Positions 39,834 through 49,625 of a DNA stretch of 64,000 nt are shown piece by piece. How positions within the stretch are numbered: the stretch's first letter is position 1; every line of letters starts with the position of its first letter. A program made the translations under genes and the position numbers. The stretch covers positions 6,279,364 to 6,343,363 of the forward strand of contig OZ250179.1 in assembly GCA_965238125.1 (NCBI GenBank), given 5' to 3'. Source of the DNA: Bryobacterales bacterium (GTDB lineage Bacteria; Acidobacteriota; Terriglobia; Bryobacterales; UBA6623). A model generated the notes under the pieces. It saw only the letters and a list, made by a program, of their open reading frames with translations. It was not told where the DNA came from and did not search any database.

Positions 39834-40880
39834 ATGCATCATTCCAAAGAAGAAATCCTCAGCGCGCCGACCGACCCCTTTCTGATCGACGGCGACAGTA
39901 GCGCTTCCCACATCCTCGAAAAAATGGCCAAGACCGGCTTTCAAGGCCGCCAACTCGGCCGGGCCTTCGAAGTTTGGAAGGAGATGATTGCCGATCCGGA
40001 ATGCACCATTCTGATGGGCTTGTCCGGCGCCATGGTTCCGGCCGGAATGCGCCGCCTGGTGCGCTTCATGATCGAGAACCGGCTGATCGACGTACTGACC
40101 TCGACCGGCGCCAATTTCTTCCACGACATTCACGAGACCAAGGGCTTTTTCCACTACCAGGGCTCGAGCGACATGGACGACGAGAATCTCGGCGACCACA
40201 TGGTCGACCGCATGTACGACGTGCTGGCCGACGAAGTGCGCTTCCGCGAACACGATCTGTGGATCGGCAGCTTTGCTTCGAGACTCGATCAATCGCGTGC
40301 CTATACAACCCGCGAATTTCTATACCTGTTGGGGAAAGAGATCGGACAGGACGCCGACGAAGACGGCATCGTCAGCGGCGCGGCCAAGGCGGGCGTACCG
40401 CTGTTTTGCCCCGCCATTGGCGACAGCTCGATCGGCATCGGCGTGGCGGAAAGTCGCCACCGCGGCGAGAACCGCCTGATGTTCGACATGATGGCCGACG
40501 TGCTGGAAATCACCAATCTGGTCGCCGACTCCTGCGCCACCGGCGTGATTTACTTCGGCGGGGGGACGCCCAAGAATTACGTCCAGCAAACCGAGGTCGT
40601 CGCGATCCTGATGAACAAGGACAAGACCGGGCACCGCTACGGCGTGCAAGTGGTCACCGATGCGCCGCACTGGGGCGGGTTGTCGGGTTGTACGTTCGAG
40701 GAATCGCAGAGCTGGGGCAAGCTGGCCAAGGGTGCGCAAATGGTCAACTGCTACTGCGACTCGACGATCGCCATGCCGTTGCTGGTCTCGGCGATGGCCG
40801 AGCAGACCGAGTTGATCAAAGCCCGCAAGGCTCCCCAGTTCGACATGGGGCCGTCGCTCAAGATCCAGCTTCAGGGATAG
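39834..40880 (+). CDS. Deoxyhypusine synthase-like protein (probable homospermidine biosynthesis)
   Basis: GFQGRQL, LSGAMVPAGM, STGAN..HD, PAIGDSSIG, GGGTPKN, GGLSGCTFEESQSWGK. Confidence 0.92.
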   Translation: MHHSKEEILSAPTDPFLIDGDSSASHILEKMAKTGFQGRQLGRAFEVWKEMIADPECTILMGLSGAMVPAGMRRLVRFMIENRLIDVLTSTGANFFHDIHETKGFFHYQGSSDMDDENLGDHMVDRMYDVLADEVRFREHDLWIGSFASRLDQSRAYTTREFLYLLGKEIGQDADEDGIVSGAAKAGVPLFCPAIGDSSIGIGVAESRHRGENRLMFDMMADVLEITNLVADSCATGVIYFGGGTPKNYVQQTEVVAILMNKDKTGHRYGVQVVTDAPHWGGLSGCTFEESQSWGKLAKGAQMVNCYCDSTIAMPLLVSAMAEQTELIKARKAPQFDMGPSLKIQLQG

Positions 40881-40900
40881 GGCGTTTGTGCGGCGGGATC

Positions 40901-41129
40901 CCAAACCGAGCCGCGCGCGTCAGCAAGCGGTATGCGATGCGTTAGCCCTGGAGGCGATGCAAGTGATGATCCTACAGCCGCCACCCCAGCCCGCTTTTCT
41001 CATGGCGTAGGTCGGAGCATGGCGCCGGTTCTCTCCCCGGCTCTCTCCCGGGCATAGCGCTTCCACCGCTTTCCTTCGGGCTGCGCGACTCCATCGGATA
41101 CCGCTTGCTGACGCGCGCGGCTCGGTTTG
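40901..41129 (+). mobile_element. MITE/REPIN-like family B copy
   Basis: CAAACCGAGCCGCGCGCGTCAGCAAGCGGTAT ... ATACCGCTTGCTGACGCGCGCGGCTCGGTTTG, a perfect inverted pair, between convergent genes. Confidence 0.85.
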
Positions 41130-41151
41130 CAATCGTGCGCTAACACCCGCC

Positions 41152-42216
41152 CTACGCCACTTTGCGTAGTTTCGTCACTCGCCCGATCTCGACAAATTCC
41201 GTAATGAAGATATTCCCGGCGTGGTCATAGCAGCAGCCGTGCGGCGTGATGAATTTGCCGGGCAGGAAATGTTCGCGCGACATCCTGCGACGCTTGCCGG
41301 TATCGGCGAGGCCGACGCCGAGTTTCGTTATCACTTCGTTGTCGCGGTCGAGCAGCGTGACTTCGGCAACGAGGTCGGGTACCAACAAAACGCCGTCGCG
41401 CTCGTGGAAGTGACAAGGGCGCTTGACGCCATAGGCGAACTTAACATGCTCGCCTTCGAGCGTGAACCACTGCAAGCGATGGTTGTCGCGGTCGGCCACG
41501 ACGAGCAACGGCGGGTCTTCGCGTTCGTCGAGCCAAATCCCGTGCGGACAGATCATTTGACCGGGCGCGGAACCGGGTGCCCCGAAGGTTTGTAAGAAAT
41601 TGCCGTCCTTGTCGTAGCGGTTGATGAAGTACGTCCCGTAGCCGTCGGCGACGTAGATGTCGCCGTTGGGCGCGACGGCGAGATTGGTGGGGCTGTAGAT
41701 GAGTTTGCCGTTGTCGTCGTAACGGCGTCTGTCTTTTTTCGATGGGTCGGGCTGGTAGGCCGGCGATTCTTTCGGATAGCCGATACGGAAAATCTCCTCG
41801 CCGTCGAGGGTGGTTTTGACGACGATGTTGCGAACGATGTCGCACAGGTAGAGGAACTCTTCGGAGCCCTCTTTGCGAATCAGCATGCCGTGCGCGCCGC
41901 CGGCAAAGCCGTTGCCCCAGGACTTGACGAACTTTCCGTCGGGGTCGTAGACGACCGTGGCATGGTCGCTGCGGCTGTTCTCGTGCACCGTGTGATGGAC
42001 GTAAATGAACCCCTGCTCGTCCTCGACGACGGAGTGGGTGTTACCGTAGCTGATGCGCTCGGGCAGCTCGCCCCAATCGTGGATTGCTTCGTAGGTGAAC
42101 TCGCCTTCGCCGAGGATCGGGTTTTGGGGCTCGGTCTTGCGGTCGCAGCCGAGGAGGATGGGGCCGGCAGCGAGGGTTGAGAGAAAGCGGCGGCGGGAGG
42201 GGTTTAGGGGCAACAT
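41152..42216 (-). CDS. NHL-repeat beta-propeller protein (peptidylglycine lyase-like) with Tat-like signal
   Basis: SRRRFL; PTNLAVAPNGDIYVADGYG, CPHGIWLD, VADRDNHRLQ, PHGCCYD. Confidence 0.85.
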   Translation of the reverse strand: MLPLNPSRRRFLSTLAAGPILLGCDRKTEPQNPILGEGEFTYEAIHDWGELPERISYGNTHSVVEDEQGFIYVHHTVHENSRSDHATVVYDPDGKFVKSWGNGFAGGAHGMLIRKEGSEEFLYLCDIVRNIVVKTTLDGEEIFRIGYPKESPAYQPDPSKKDRRRYDDNGKLIYSPTNLAVAPNGDIYVADGYGTYFINRYDKDGNFLQTFGAPGSAPGQMICPHGIWLDEREDPPLLVVADRDNHRLQWFTLEGEHVKFAYGVKRPCHFHERDGVLLVPDLVAEVTLLDRDNEVITKLGVGLADTGKRRRMSREHFLPGKFITPHGCCYDHAGNIFITEFVEIGRVTKLRKVA

Positions 42217-42347
42217 ACGGCAGAGTTCCGTTTCAAACATGGGGAGACAGCGCGAGGCGTTCCTCCATTAGACACTAACCGCCACCCCCGAAGCGACGCG
42301 CGGTGGAGAGTCCAATTTTGCGCTGGCATACACAATTCGCGACCTAC

Positions 42348-42506
42348 GATACAGAGCCCAGAACGCAAGCGACGGGCCACGAGCAGGCAAGCATGACGCG
42401 CTTCGGCGGCGCGTCTCTCCGAACGGTTGAGCGCTCGGATGGTTCTTCCGTCTACTCGAAACCTTCGCGACGTTGGCCCGTCGCTTACGCTCTAGGCTCT
42501 GTATCC
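42348..42506. repeat. Inverted-repeat (REPIN-like) element, family E
   Basis: GATACAGAGCCCAGAACGCAAGCGACGGGCCA ... TGGCCCGTCGCTTACGCTCTAGGCTCTGTATC; the right arm with GTCTACTCGAAACC recurs at about 36018-36075. Confidence 0.72.
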
Positions 42507-42582
42507 GCGTCTGAATTGTTGTTCAGGAGGGCGGCTGCCCAATTTTTCACAGCCCCCTTCCTCTCGCGGCTCGGTTTGGCTT

Positions 42583-43416
42583 TTACAGCTTGTCGAGGCC
42601 TTCGGTCAATTCGAGGTAGGCGCCGGCCGGATCCGTGAGGAAGGCGATGTTCAGCTTGAGGGCCGGGATTTCCTCGTACGGCCGGTCGAAAACAATGCCC
42701 ATCTTTTCGAGCCTTTCGCAAAAGGCCTTAAGATTCTTGATTTCGAAACCGGTGTGATCGAGCACCGTTCCTTGAATAGGCTTTTCGGGCTTTTCGGCTT
42801 TGGAATAGGTCAGGTTGACTCCCGGCAGGTCGGTTGTCTTGAAGGGGCCGCGCGTGCCCGGCACGGCGCCGAAGACTTTCGCGTACCATGCCTGCAGGCC
42901 CTCGACGTCGGCGGTGTAGTAGTGAATATGGTGATTGGCGATCGGCGTGGATAAAGACGGGTCTTCGATGAGCTCGACTTTCAGTTGGTCGGGGGCCTGG
43001 ATGTACGCCATATGCACCCCCGTCCGCTCGTTGAAGATGATGTCCTCGGTCGCGCCGGCGATCGCCTGGCGGGTGATGACTTCGGTTCCCCCCGCCTTCA
43101 ACTTCGCGACCGACCCTTTAATGTCCTTGACGAGGAAGCCGATGTGGTTGACAGCCGTTCCCACGCTGCCGCTCGTGGGTTCCCTTTCACGCAGGAAGAC
43201 GAGAACATTGGGGAAAATGAAACCCTCGATCGGCCCCAGCTTGACCGGCTCGCCGCCCAGCAACGGCCCCCAGAACATCCGATGCGCCTCCATGTCCGTG
43301 GCGTTGATGTGATGATGCCCCATCGCGACCGGGGCGTCTTTCGCGGAGGTCAACTGTGCTGAAGCAGGCGTGACCGCACAGACGGCGGCGATACAGAAAA
43401 GCAAAATGCGAGGCAT
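42583..43416 (-). CDS. Secreted two-domain VOC/glyoxalase family protein
   Basis: Signal peptide; MGHHHINA, NHIGFLV, KVELIE, HHIHYY, DHTGFEI, FLTDPAGAYLELTE. Confidence 0.88.
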   Translation of the reverse strand: MPRILLFCIAAVCAVTPASAQLTSAKDAPVAMGHHHINATDMEAHRMFWGPLLGGEPVKLGPIEGFIFPNVLVFLREREPTSGSVGTAVNHIGFLVKDIKGSVAKLKAGGTEVITRQAIAGATEDIIFNERTGVHMAYIQAPDQLKVELIEDPSLSTPIANHHIHYYTADVEGLQAWYAKVFGAVPGTRGPFKTTDLPGVNLTYSKAEKPEKPIQGTVLDHTGFEIKNLKAFCERLEKMGIVFDRPYEEIPALKLNIAFLTDPAGAYLELTEGLDKL

Positions 43417-43538
43417 CTGAATGTTCTCCTTCGACACGTCCTACGCGGCGCGCGGCGGGCGATTCTCGCGCAGAAAGTTTGCAATCGATTCGAGGGACGT
43501 GCCGGGCGGAAAGACCGCCGCCACGCCTTGGCCTTTCA
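43394..43538. repeat. Left copy of a 145-bp imperfect direct repeat (partner 47430-47574)
   Basis: Encodes a second copy of the B12-domain C-terminus [29 protein letters not shown], then the RBS and start of the VOC gene. Confidence 0.88.
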
Positions 43539-43704
43539 AGCATTCCCAGCTTTGTTCGCGTGACGTCGGCGCACGTCAGCGATGTCAGCGTGTTGGATGA
43601 TCTCGTGCCACAGCCGGGCTCCTCTCATTTACCATGGACCGGTTTTCGGGGGCAAGGTCAATCAGGCCAATTGCTTAGAATCTTAGCGCTCTTCAGTCGC
43701 TGAC

Positions 43705-45370
43705 CCCGCATTTTCAATTTGATGTATGAGCTTCAGACCATCCAGCGACCTTCAGCGTCTTTATTGATAGGGGCTAGAGCCCGATAAGGACGCCATGGAG
43801 GTCAACACCCGATGGGTGAAAAAGAAAACAAGCCGTTTCAGCTCACGTTCAATGGATTTCTCAAAGTCGATTTCCAAGGATCGCGAGTCACCTCGGATGG
43901 CGGTCTGATTCTCGTTCGCGAACTGGATGAACGACTCGGACTCGGGAAGCTGATCGACGAGCATCTCAGCGACTCGCGACAAGGCTTGAACAAGAAGTTC
44001 CCGCTGGCCGATCTGCTGCGGCAGTCGGTCTACAGCCGACTCGCTGGCTACGAGGACCTCAATGACGCCGTTCGAGTATCCGCCGATCCGACCTTTCGCT
44101 TGATCGGCTCGAAGAGGAACTGGGATCGCGGAGCAGCCTTGACCTCGACGCTGGATGGCTTCGAGACGGAGATGCTGGCGAGCGAAGAGAACTTGCTGGG
44201 GCTGATGGCAGTGAACCGGGAGCTGGTCGCGCAAGCCGAAGCTCCCGACGGTTCAGACCGCGTGGTGCTCGACATGGACTCCACGGAGAGCCCCGTCCAC
44301 GGCCAACAGGAAGGCAGTGCCTACAACGGCCATTTTGAGTCCCTCTGCTATCACCCGCTGTTGCTGTTCAACCAGCACGGCGACTGCCTAGGCGCGAAGC
44401 TGCGTCCCGGCAACGTGCACAGCGCCGAGGACTGGGACGAGCTGCTACTGCCGGAGATCGAACGACAACAGGCGGAGGGCAAACAGGTGACATTCCGCGC
44501 CGACGCCGCCTTCGCCAAGCCCGAGATCTACGAGGCGATGGAGGAGCGCGGCGTGGACTACGTGATTCGCATCCCGGCGAACAAGAGCCTGGAGCTGGAG
44601 ATCGAGGACATCCTGTTTCGGCCACCGGGCAGGCCGAACGCCAAGCCCCTAGTGCGCTACAAGAGTTTTCGCTATCAGGCCGAGAGCTGGTCGAAGGCAA
44701 GGCGAGTTGTCGCCAAGGTCGAGCATCACCAGGGCGAACTATTCCCGCGCGTCGGATTTGTCGTGACGAGCATGAGCTTGCCGAGCCGCTCGGTCGTGCG
44801 GTTCTACAACAAGCGCGGCACGGCGGAGCAGTGGATCAAAGAAGGCAAACAGGCCACGCACTGGACCCGCTTGTCGTGTCACCGCTTCCGAGCCAACGAG
44901 GTACGGCTGCAACTCAGCGTGCTGGCCTACAACCTGGGCAACCTGTGGCGGCGGCTAGGGCTGCCGCAGCGAATCAAAAGCTGGTCGCTAACGAGTTTGC
45001 AACACAGGTTGATGAAGACCGGCGGTCGGCTGGTCAAGCATGCTCGCTACTACTGGTTGCTGCTGGCGGAGGGGCATCTGAACCGGCGGCTGTTCGGTGA
45101 CATGCTGCATAGGATCTGGGCGCTGCCTGTGCCGGGTGGGTAGCGTTGCCCGGGCGAGGATCAACAGTTTTTGGCTCCAAAAAGGTTTCGCAGGGAGCAG
45201 TGTCGGCCGGAGCGCCGTTCAGTCCGCTCAATCAACGTCTGTGAGCGGACGGACGAGCCCTGGCGCCTACCGGCGGAGGTGATGTGCAGGGTTCAGCGCG
45301 AAAAGACGTGGTATTCGGCGCAGCGGGGGTGTATCCTGTGACCGTGCCAGGGCCAAAATGGAAATCCTGG
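43705..45370 (+). mobile_element. IS1380-family insertion sequence, copy 1
   Basis: Degenerate left end CCCGCATTTTCAATTT, right end AAAATGGAAATCCTGG; no matching target duplication seen. Confidence 0.85.
43812..45143 (+). CDS. IS1380-family DDE transposase
   Basis: VTSDGGL, GYEDLND, LDMDSTE, YNGHF..CYHPL, LRPGNVHSA, FRADAAF, FYNKRGTAEQWIKEGK, FRANEVRL..LAYNL. Confidence 0.95.
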   Translation: MGEKENKPFQLTFNGFLKVDFQGSRVTSDGGLILVRELDERLGLGKLIDEHLSDSRQGLNKKFPLADLLRQSVYSRLAGYEDLNDAVRVSADPTFRLIGSKRNWDRGAALTSTLDGFETEMLASEENLLGLMAVNRELVAQAEAPDGSDRVVLDMDSTESPVHGQQEGSAYNGHFESLCYHPLLLFNQHGDCLGAKLRPGNVHSAEDWDELLLPEIERQQAEGKQVTFRADAAFAKPEIYEAMEERGVDYVIRIPANKSLELEIEDILFRPPGRPNAKPLVRYKSFRYQAESWSKARRVVAKVEHHQGELFPRVGFVVTSMSLPSRSVVRFYNKRGTAEQWIKEGKQATHWTRLSCHRFRANEVRLQLSVLAYNLGNLWRRLGLPQRIKSWSLTSLQHRLMKTGGRLVKHARYYWLLLAEGHLNRRLFGDMLHRIWALPVPGG

Positions 45371-45561
45371 CTTAATGTTCTCTGCCGTAAAGTTAGAATC
45401 GCCTGACTCAATCGTAGTAGCCAGAGTCAAACCGGCCTTCTCGATACCCCTAGCCACGGCTCGCAGGTGATCATCCGAGATTATTCCGTCCGTCCATTTC
45501 TGGACGTGTTCCTCGAATCGAATCATGTCTCCTATCTCGCGAGACGTCCATCTCTTCTGTA

Positions 45562-47226
45562 CCCGGATTTCCACTTTAGTTTCGGTTCTGCTAACCATCG
45601 GGTGGACTCGGACGCCTTTATTTATGCGGGCTTGAAAGCACTCAAGGCGCTGAGGAGATCAACACCCAATGGGTGAAAAAGAAAACAAACCGTTTCAGCT
45701 CACCTTCAATGGATTTCTCAAGGTCGATTTCCAAGGATCGCGAGTCACCTCGGATGGCGGGCTGATTCTCATTCGCGAACTGGACGAACGACTCGGACTA
45801 GGCAAGCTGATAGACGAGCATCTGACGGATTCGCGGCAAGGCTCGAACAAGAAGTTCCCGTTCGTCGATCTGCTGCGACAGTCGGTCTACTCCCGCTTGG
45901 CGGGCTACGAGGATCTCAACGACGCCGTTCGTGTCTCCGCCGATCCAACCTTTCGGCTGATTGGCTCGAAGAAGAACTGGGATCGCGGCGCGGCGCTGAC
46001 CTCCCGGCTGCAGAGCTTCGAGACCGCCATGCTCGCCGGCGACGAGAATCTGATCGGGCTGATGGCGGTGAACCGCGAGTTGATCGCGCAAGCCGAGGCC
46101 GGTGATGACTCCGAGTGCGTCGTGCTGGACAGGACTCTACCGAGAGCCTCGTCCACGGCCGGCAGGAAGGCAGCGCCTACAACGGCCACTTCGAGTCGGT
46201 CTGCTACCACCCACTGTTGCTGTTCAACCAGCACGGCGATTGCTTGGCGGCAAAGTTGCGACCGGGCAACGTGTCCAGCGCCGAGGACTGGGACGAGTTG
46301 CTGCTGCCGGAAATCGAACGCCAACAGGCGGAGGGCAAACAGGTGACGTTCCGGGCCGATGCCGCCTTCGCCAAGCCGGATATTTACGAGACGTTGGAGG
46401 AGCGCGGCGTGGACTACGTGATTCGCATCCCGGCCAACAAGAGCCTGGAGCTGGAGATCGAAGATATCCTGTTTCGTCCGCCGGGCAGGCCGAGCGCAAA
46501 GCCCCTGGTGCGCTACAGGAGCTTTCGGTATCAGGCCGCGAGTTGGTCGAAGTCCCGGCGGGTTGTTGCGAAGGTCGAGCATCACCAAGGTGAGTTGTTT
46601 CCTCGCGTCGGTTTCATCGTCACGAGCATGGCCTTGCCGAGCCGCTCGCTGGTGCGGTTCTACAACAAGCGCGGCACGGCGGAGCAGTGGATCAAGGAAG
46701 GCAAACAAGCGACGCATTGGACAAGGCTGTCATGCCATCGGTTCCGGGCCAACGAAGTGCGACTGCAACTCAGCGTGCTGGCCTATAACCTGGGGAACCT
46801 ATGGCGGAGGCTCGGGCTGCCGCAACGGATCAAGAGTTGGTCGCTGACGAGCTTGCAACAGCGGCTGATGAAGACGGGCGGTAGGCTGGTCAAGCATGCG
46901 CGGTACTATTGGCTGCTGTTGGCCGAAGGACATCTGAACCGGCGGCTGTTCGGCGACATGCTGCATAGGATCTGGGCGCTGCCTGTGCCGGGTGGGTAGC
47001 GTTGCCCGGGCGAGGATCAACAGTTTTTGGCTCCAAAAAGGTTTCGCAGGGAGCAGTGTCGGCCGGAGCGCCGTTCAGTCCGCTCAATCAACGTCTGTGA
47101 GCGGACGGACGAGCCCTGGCGCCTACCGGCGGAGGTGATGTGCAGGGTTCAGCGCGAAAAGACGTGGTATTCGGCGCAGCGGGGGTGTATCCTGTGACCG
47201 TGCCAGGGCCAAAATGGAAATCCTGG
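45562..47226 (+). mobile_element. IS1380-family insertion sequence, copy 2, with 5-bp target duplication CTGTA
   Basis: CTGTA|CCCGGATTTCCA ... TGGAAATCCTGG|CTGTA. Confidence 0.9.
45669..46999 (+). pseudogene. IS1380-family transposase with a -1 frameshift
   Basis: GAC-AGGAC at about 46130 versus GAC-ATG-GAC in copy 1; split into ORFs 45669-46346 and 46115-46999. Confidence 0.88.
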
Positions 47227-47452
47227 CTGTAAGCATATGTAAGTGAAGAAGTACATACACCACAAAGATCAGCCATGCCACAACAACGACGATGGCAAGT
47301 ACAGCTAACGACGCATATACGGTGACGACGCCGCTCAGATGAGCGGCGATCACCAAGATCACTCCAGCCAAGACTGAAAGTGCCCACGTGGCGCGGCTCG
47401 CATTCGTGGCCACAACAAGACACGCCATGCAGAAAGACAAGATGCGAAGCAT
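47227..47452 (-). pseudogene. Hydrophobic membrane-protein ORF interrupted by IS copy 2
   Basis: MLRILSFCMACLVVATNAS..VLAGVILVIAAHLSGVVTVYASLAVLAIVVVVAWLIFVVY; cut at the IS right end, with the remainder expected at 45371-45561. Confidence 0.5.
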
Positions 47453-47476
47453 CTGAATGTACTCCTTCGGCACGTC

Positions 47477-47899
47477 CTACGCGGCGCGCGGCGGGCGATT
47501 CTCCCGCAGAAAGTTTGCAATCGATTCGAGCGACGTGCCCGGCGGGAAAACCGCGGCCACGCCTTGCTCTTTCATGGACTCGATGTCGGCGTCGGGAATG
47601 ATGCCGCCCAAAACGACGCGAACGTCGTCCATGCCCTTCTCGCGAAGCAACTCCATCACGCGCGGAACGATCACTGTGTGGGCGCCGGAAAGAATCGATA
47701 GCCCGATAAACTCGACGTCTTCCTCGAGCGCGGCGGAGACGATCTGCTCGGGCGTCTGACGCAAGCCCGTGTAGATCACCTCCATGCCGGCATCGCGCAG
47801 GGCGCGCGCAATCACCTTGGCCCCGCGGTCGTGGCCGTCGAGGCCGGGCTTGGCGACGAGGACGCGAATCGGCGTGGCGGCGGTGGAAGCGTCGGCCAT
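47477..47899 (-). CDS. Methylmalonyl-CoA mutase-type cobalamin-binding subunit
   Basis: [34 protein letters not shown] (DxHxxG), [14 protein letters not shown]. Confidence 0.95.
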   Translation of the reverse strand: MADASTAATPIRVLVAKPGLDGHDRGAKVIARALRDAGMEVIYTGLRQTPEQIVSAALEEDVEFIGLSILSGAHTVIVPRVMELLREKGMDDVRVVLGGIIPDADIESMKEQGVAAVFPPGTSLESIANFLRENRPPRAA

Positions 47900-48008
47900 G
47901 GGTTCTAGTGAAACAAGAGTTGGAGGACAGTGCAAATTGACGGGGGTAAGAGCACTCGGGGCCGCGAAAAAGTCCGGGCCGGCACGTAGGGTCAGTACTG
48001 CGGCTCCT

Positions 48009-48103
48009 GCCACCCTTTCAGGGTTCAATCGTGGGAAACCGTTACCTAGGGTTCCGCCTTCGGCTCCACCCTAGGCTATATTCCTTCCGCCGCTTCGCGG
48101 CTC
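48009..48103 (+). repeat. REP-like family A copy
   Basis: GCCACCCTTTCAGGGTT..CCTAGGGTTCCGCCTTCGGCTCCACCCTAGGCTATATT..CCGCTTCGCGGCTC. Confidence 0.82.
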
Positions 48104-48267
48104 ACCCAGTCCCGCACTTGTTTCGAGTCCCTTGGCTCTTGGACTTTCGCCCTGGGTCTATAGTAACGCGGCTGCGGGATCTCGGCCTTTCTCAGCCGCT
48201 CGCGTTTTCCTCTTTCGCACGATCTATGTCGTGAATCTAATCTTCGGACTTCCCGAAGGAGGGTCTA

Positions 48268-49440
48268 CTAGACTTCCACTTTTTGGGTCTTGGGGTTCCA
48301 GCGCACCAGGCGACCCTGGTTGACCGAGATGTTCGCCATTTGCAAAACCAAGGCTGATTGGAAGCCGGTTTCGACCGGAGCGACGGGAGTCTTGCGGCTC
48401 AGCACCGACTCGACGAAGTTGTTCACATGATCGATCGTCGCCTGCCGAAAGCCGCCGGGCTGATCCTTGTCGACCGAGGGCCGATCGGGCGCTGCCTTCG
48501 GGAACACTCGCAAGAATTCGCGGCCGATATCCATGCGCGCTTCATCGCCATCGTAGGCGTTGAGCTGATCGGCGCGCATGGCGTATTGCATCGCCGAGTA
48601 GTTGATGGTGAACACGGCCATGAAGTCTTCGGGGTATTCGGCCGTCACGATCCAGGACTCGGGCAGGTCGCCGTTCGTACGATGCCCCGAGCAGGCCGAG
48701 GCGTTGACCGCCGAGGGATACCCGGCGTCCATAATCATGTGGATCGAGTCGTAGATGTGCGCGCCCTGGTCGATGACGATGCCGCCGGCGTAGTCCGACC
48801 AGTTGCGCCAGTCGAAGAACCGCAGCGGGTCTTTGGCGACTTTCGGCGCCGGTCCCAGCCATTGCTCCCAGTCGATCGGCCCCTCGAATTTTCGGGCGCG
48901 GGGGTCGAGCCGGTTGTTGAGCCAATAGGTGCGGATCATGCGCACCTTGCCTAACTTTCCGGCGCGGCGCAGGTCGCGGGCTTCCTGATAGAGGTTGTAG
49001 CTGCGGCGCTGCATGCCGACTTGGACGATTTGCTTCGACGCCTGCTCGGCGCGGATCATTTCGACGCCTTCTTCGGGCGTATGGCAGAGCGGTTTTTCGA
49101 GGTAAACGTCCTTGCCGGCGGCGAGGGCGTCGAGCAGCATGCGGTGGTGTTGATGCTCGGGCGTCGCGATGAGGACGATGTCGATTTCCGGGTCGTCGAG
49201 GAGCTTTTTGTGATTGCGGTAAGCCTTGGTCCCCGGCCCGGCGTCGGAGAGGCCCTTTTCGAGATTGGGTTCGTAGATGTCGCAAACAGCACGGGCTTTG
49301 ACGCGTGGGTTTTCGGCGAAATGCGTCATCACGCGTCGGCCGCGTCCGCCGGCGCCGATCAACCCCAGTTGCAGCGTCTCGGCCGGGCTCTGCGCCAACG
49401 CCGCGCCGCTTCCGGCCATCAAGAAAATACGTCGATTCAT
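48268..49440 (-). CDS. Gfo/Idh/MocA oxidoreductase with Tat signal
   Basis: MNRRIFL; GLIGAGGRG, IATPEHQH, DVYLEKP, QVGMQRRS, DWEQWLGPAP. Confidence 0.92.
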   Translation of the reverse strand: MNRRIFLMAGSGAALAQSPAETLQLGLIGAGGRGRRVMTHFAENPRVKARAVCDIYEPNLEKGLSDAGPGTKAYRNHKKLLDDPEIDIVLIATPEHQHHRMLLDALAAGKDVYLEKPLCHTPEEGVEMIRAEQASKQIVQVGMQRRSYNLYQEARDLRRAGKLGKVRMIRTYWLNNRLDPRARKFEGPIDWEQWLGPAPKVAKDPLRFFDWRNWSDYAGGIVIDQGAHIYDSIHMIMDAGYPSAVNASACSGHRTNGDLPESWIVTAEYPEDFMAVFTINYSAMQYAMRADQLNAYDGDEARMDIGREFLRVFPKAAPDRPSVDKDQPGGFRQATIDHVNNFVESVLSRKTPVAPVETGFQSALVLQMANISVNQGRLVRWNPKTQKVEV

Positions 49441-49503
49441 GTGGTTTGACTCCAACTGGCGGGGTGGGCTTGGAGGCCTGCCCAATCTCAAGCCGAACCA
49501 GCT

Positions 49504-49616
49504 GGCGGCGGTGAAAAAATCGGGGACAGTCCACGTCGCGCCGGATGAGGTTTCAGCATTCAACCGAACTTCCGCGGTCGGCGCTTGGGACAGTCCCCAT
49601 TTTTTCACCGCCGCCT
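49504..49616. repeat. REP-like family C, complete element with terminal inverted repeats
   Basis: GGCGGCGGTGAAAAAATCGGGGACAGTCC ... GGGACAGTCCCCATTTTTTCACCGCCGCC. Confidence 0.8.
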
Positions 49617-49625
49617 AACACCCGT

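Noticed and set aside
46100-46160. Programmed frameshift in the IS copy 2 transposase
   Set aside because: No slippery sequence; it is a single-base loss relative to intact copy 1.
49441-49608. N-terminal extension MKKWGLSQAP...WTVPDFFTAAS of the Gfo/Idh/MocA ORF
   Set aside because: Translation of the family C repeat; the real start is the Tat signal MNRRIFL at 49440.
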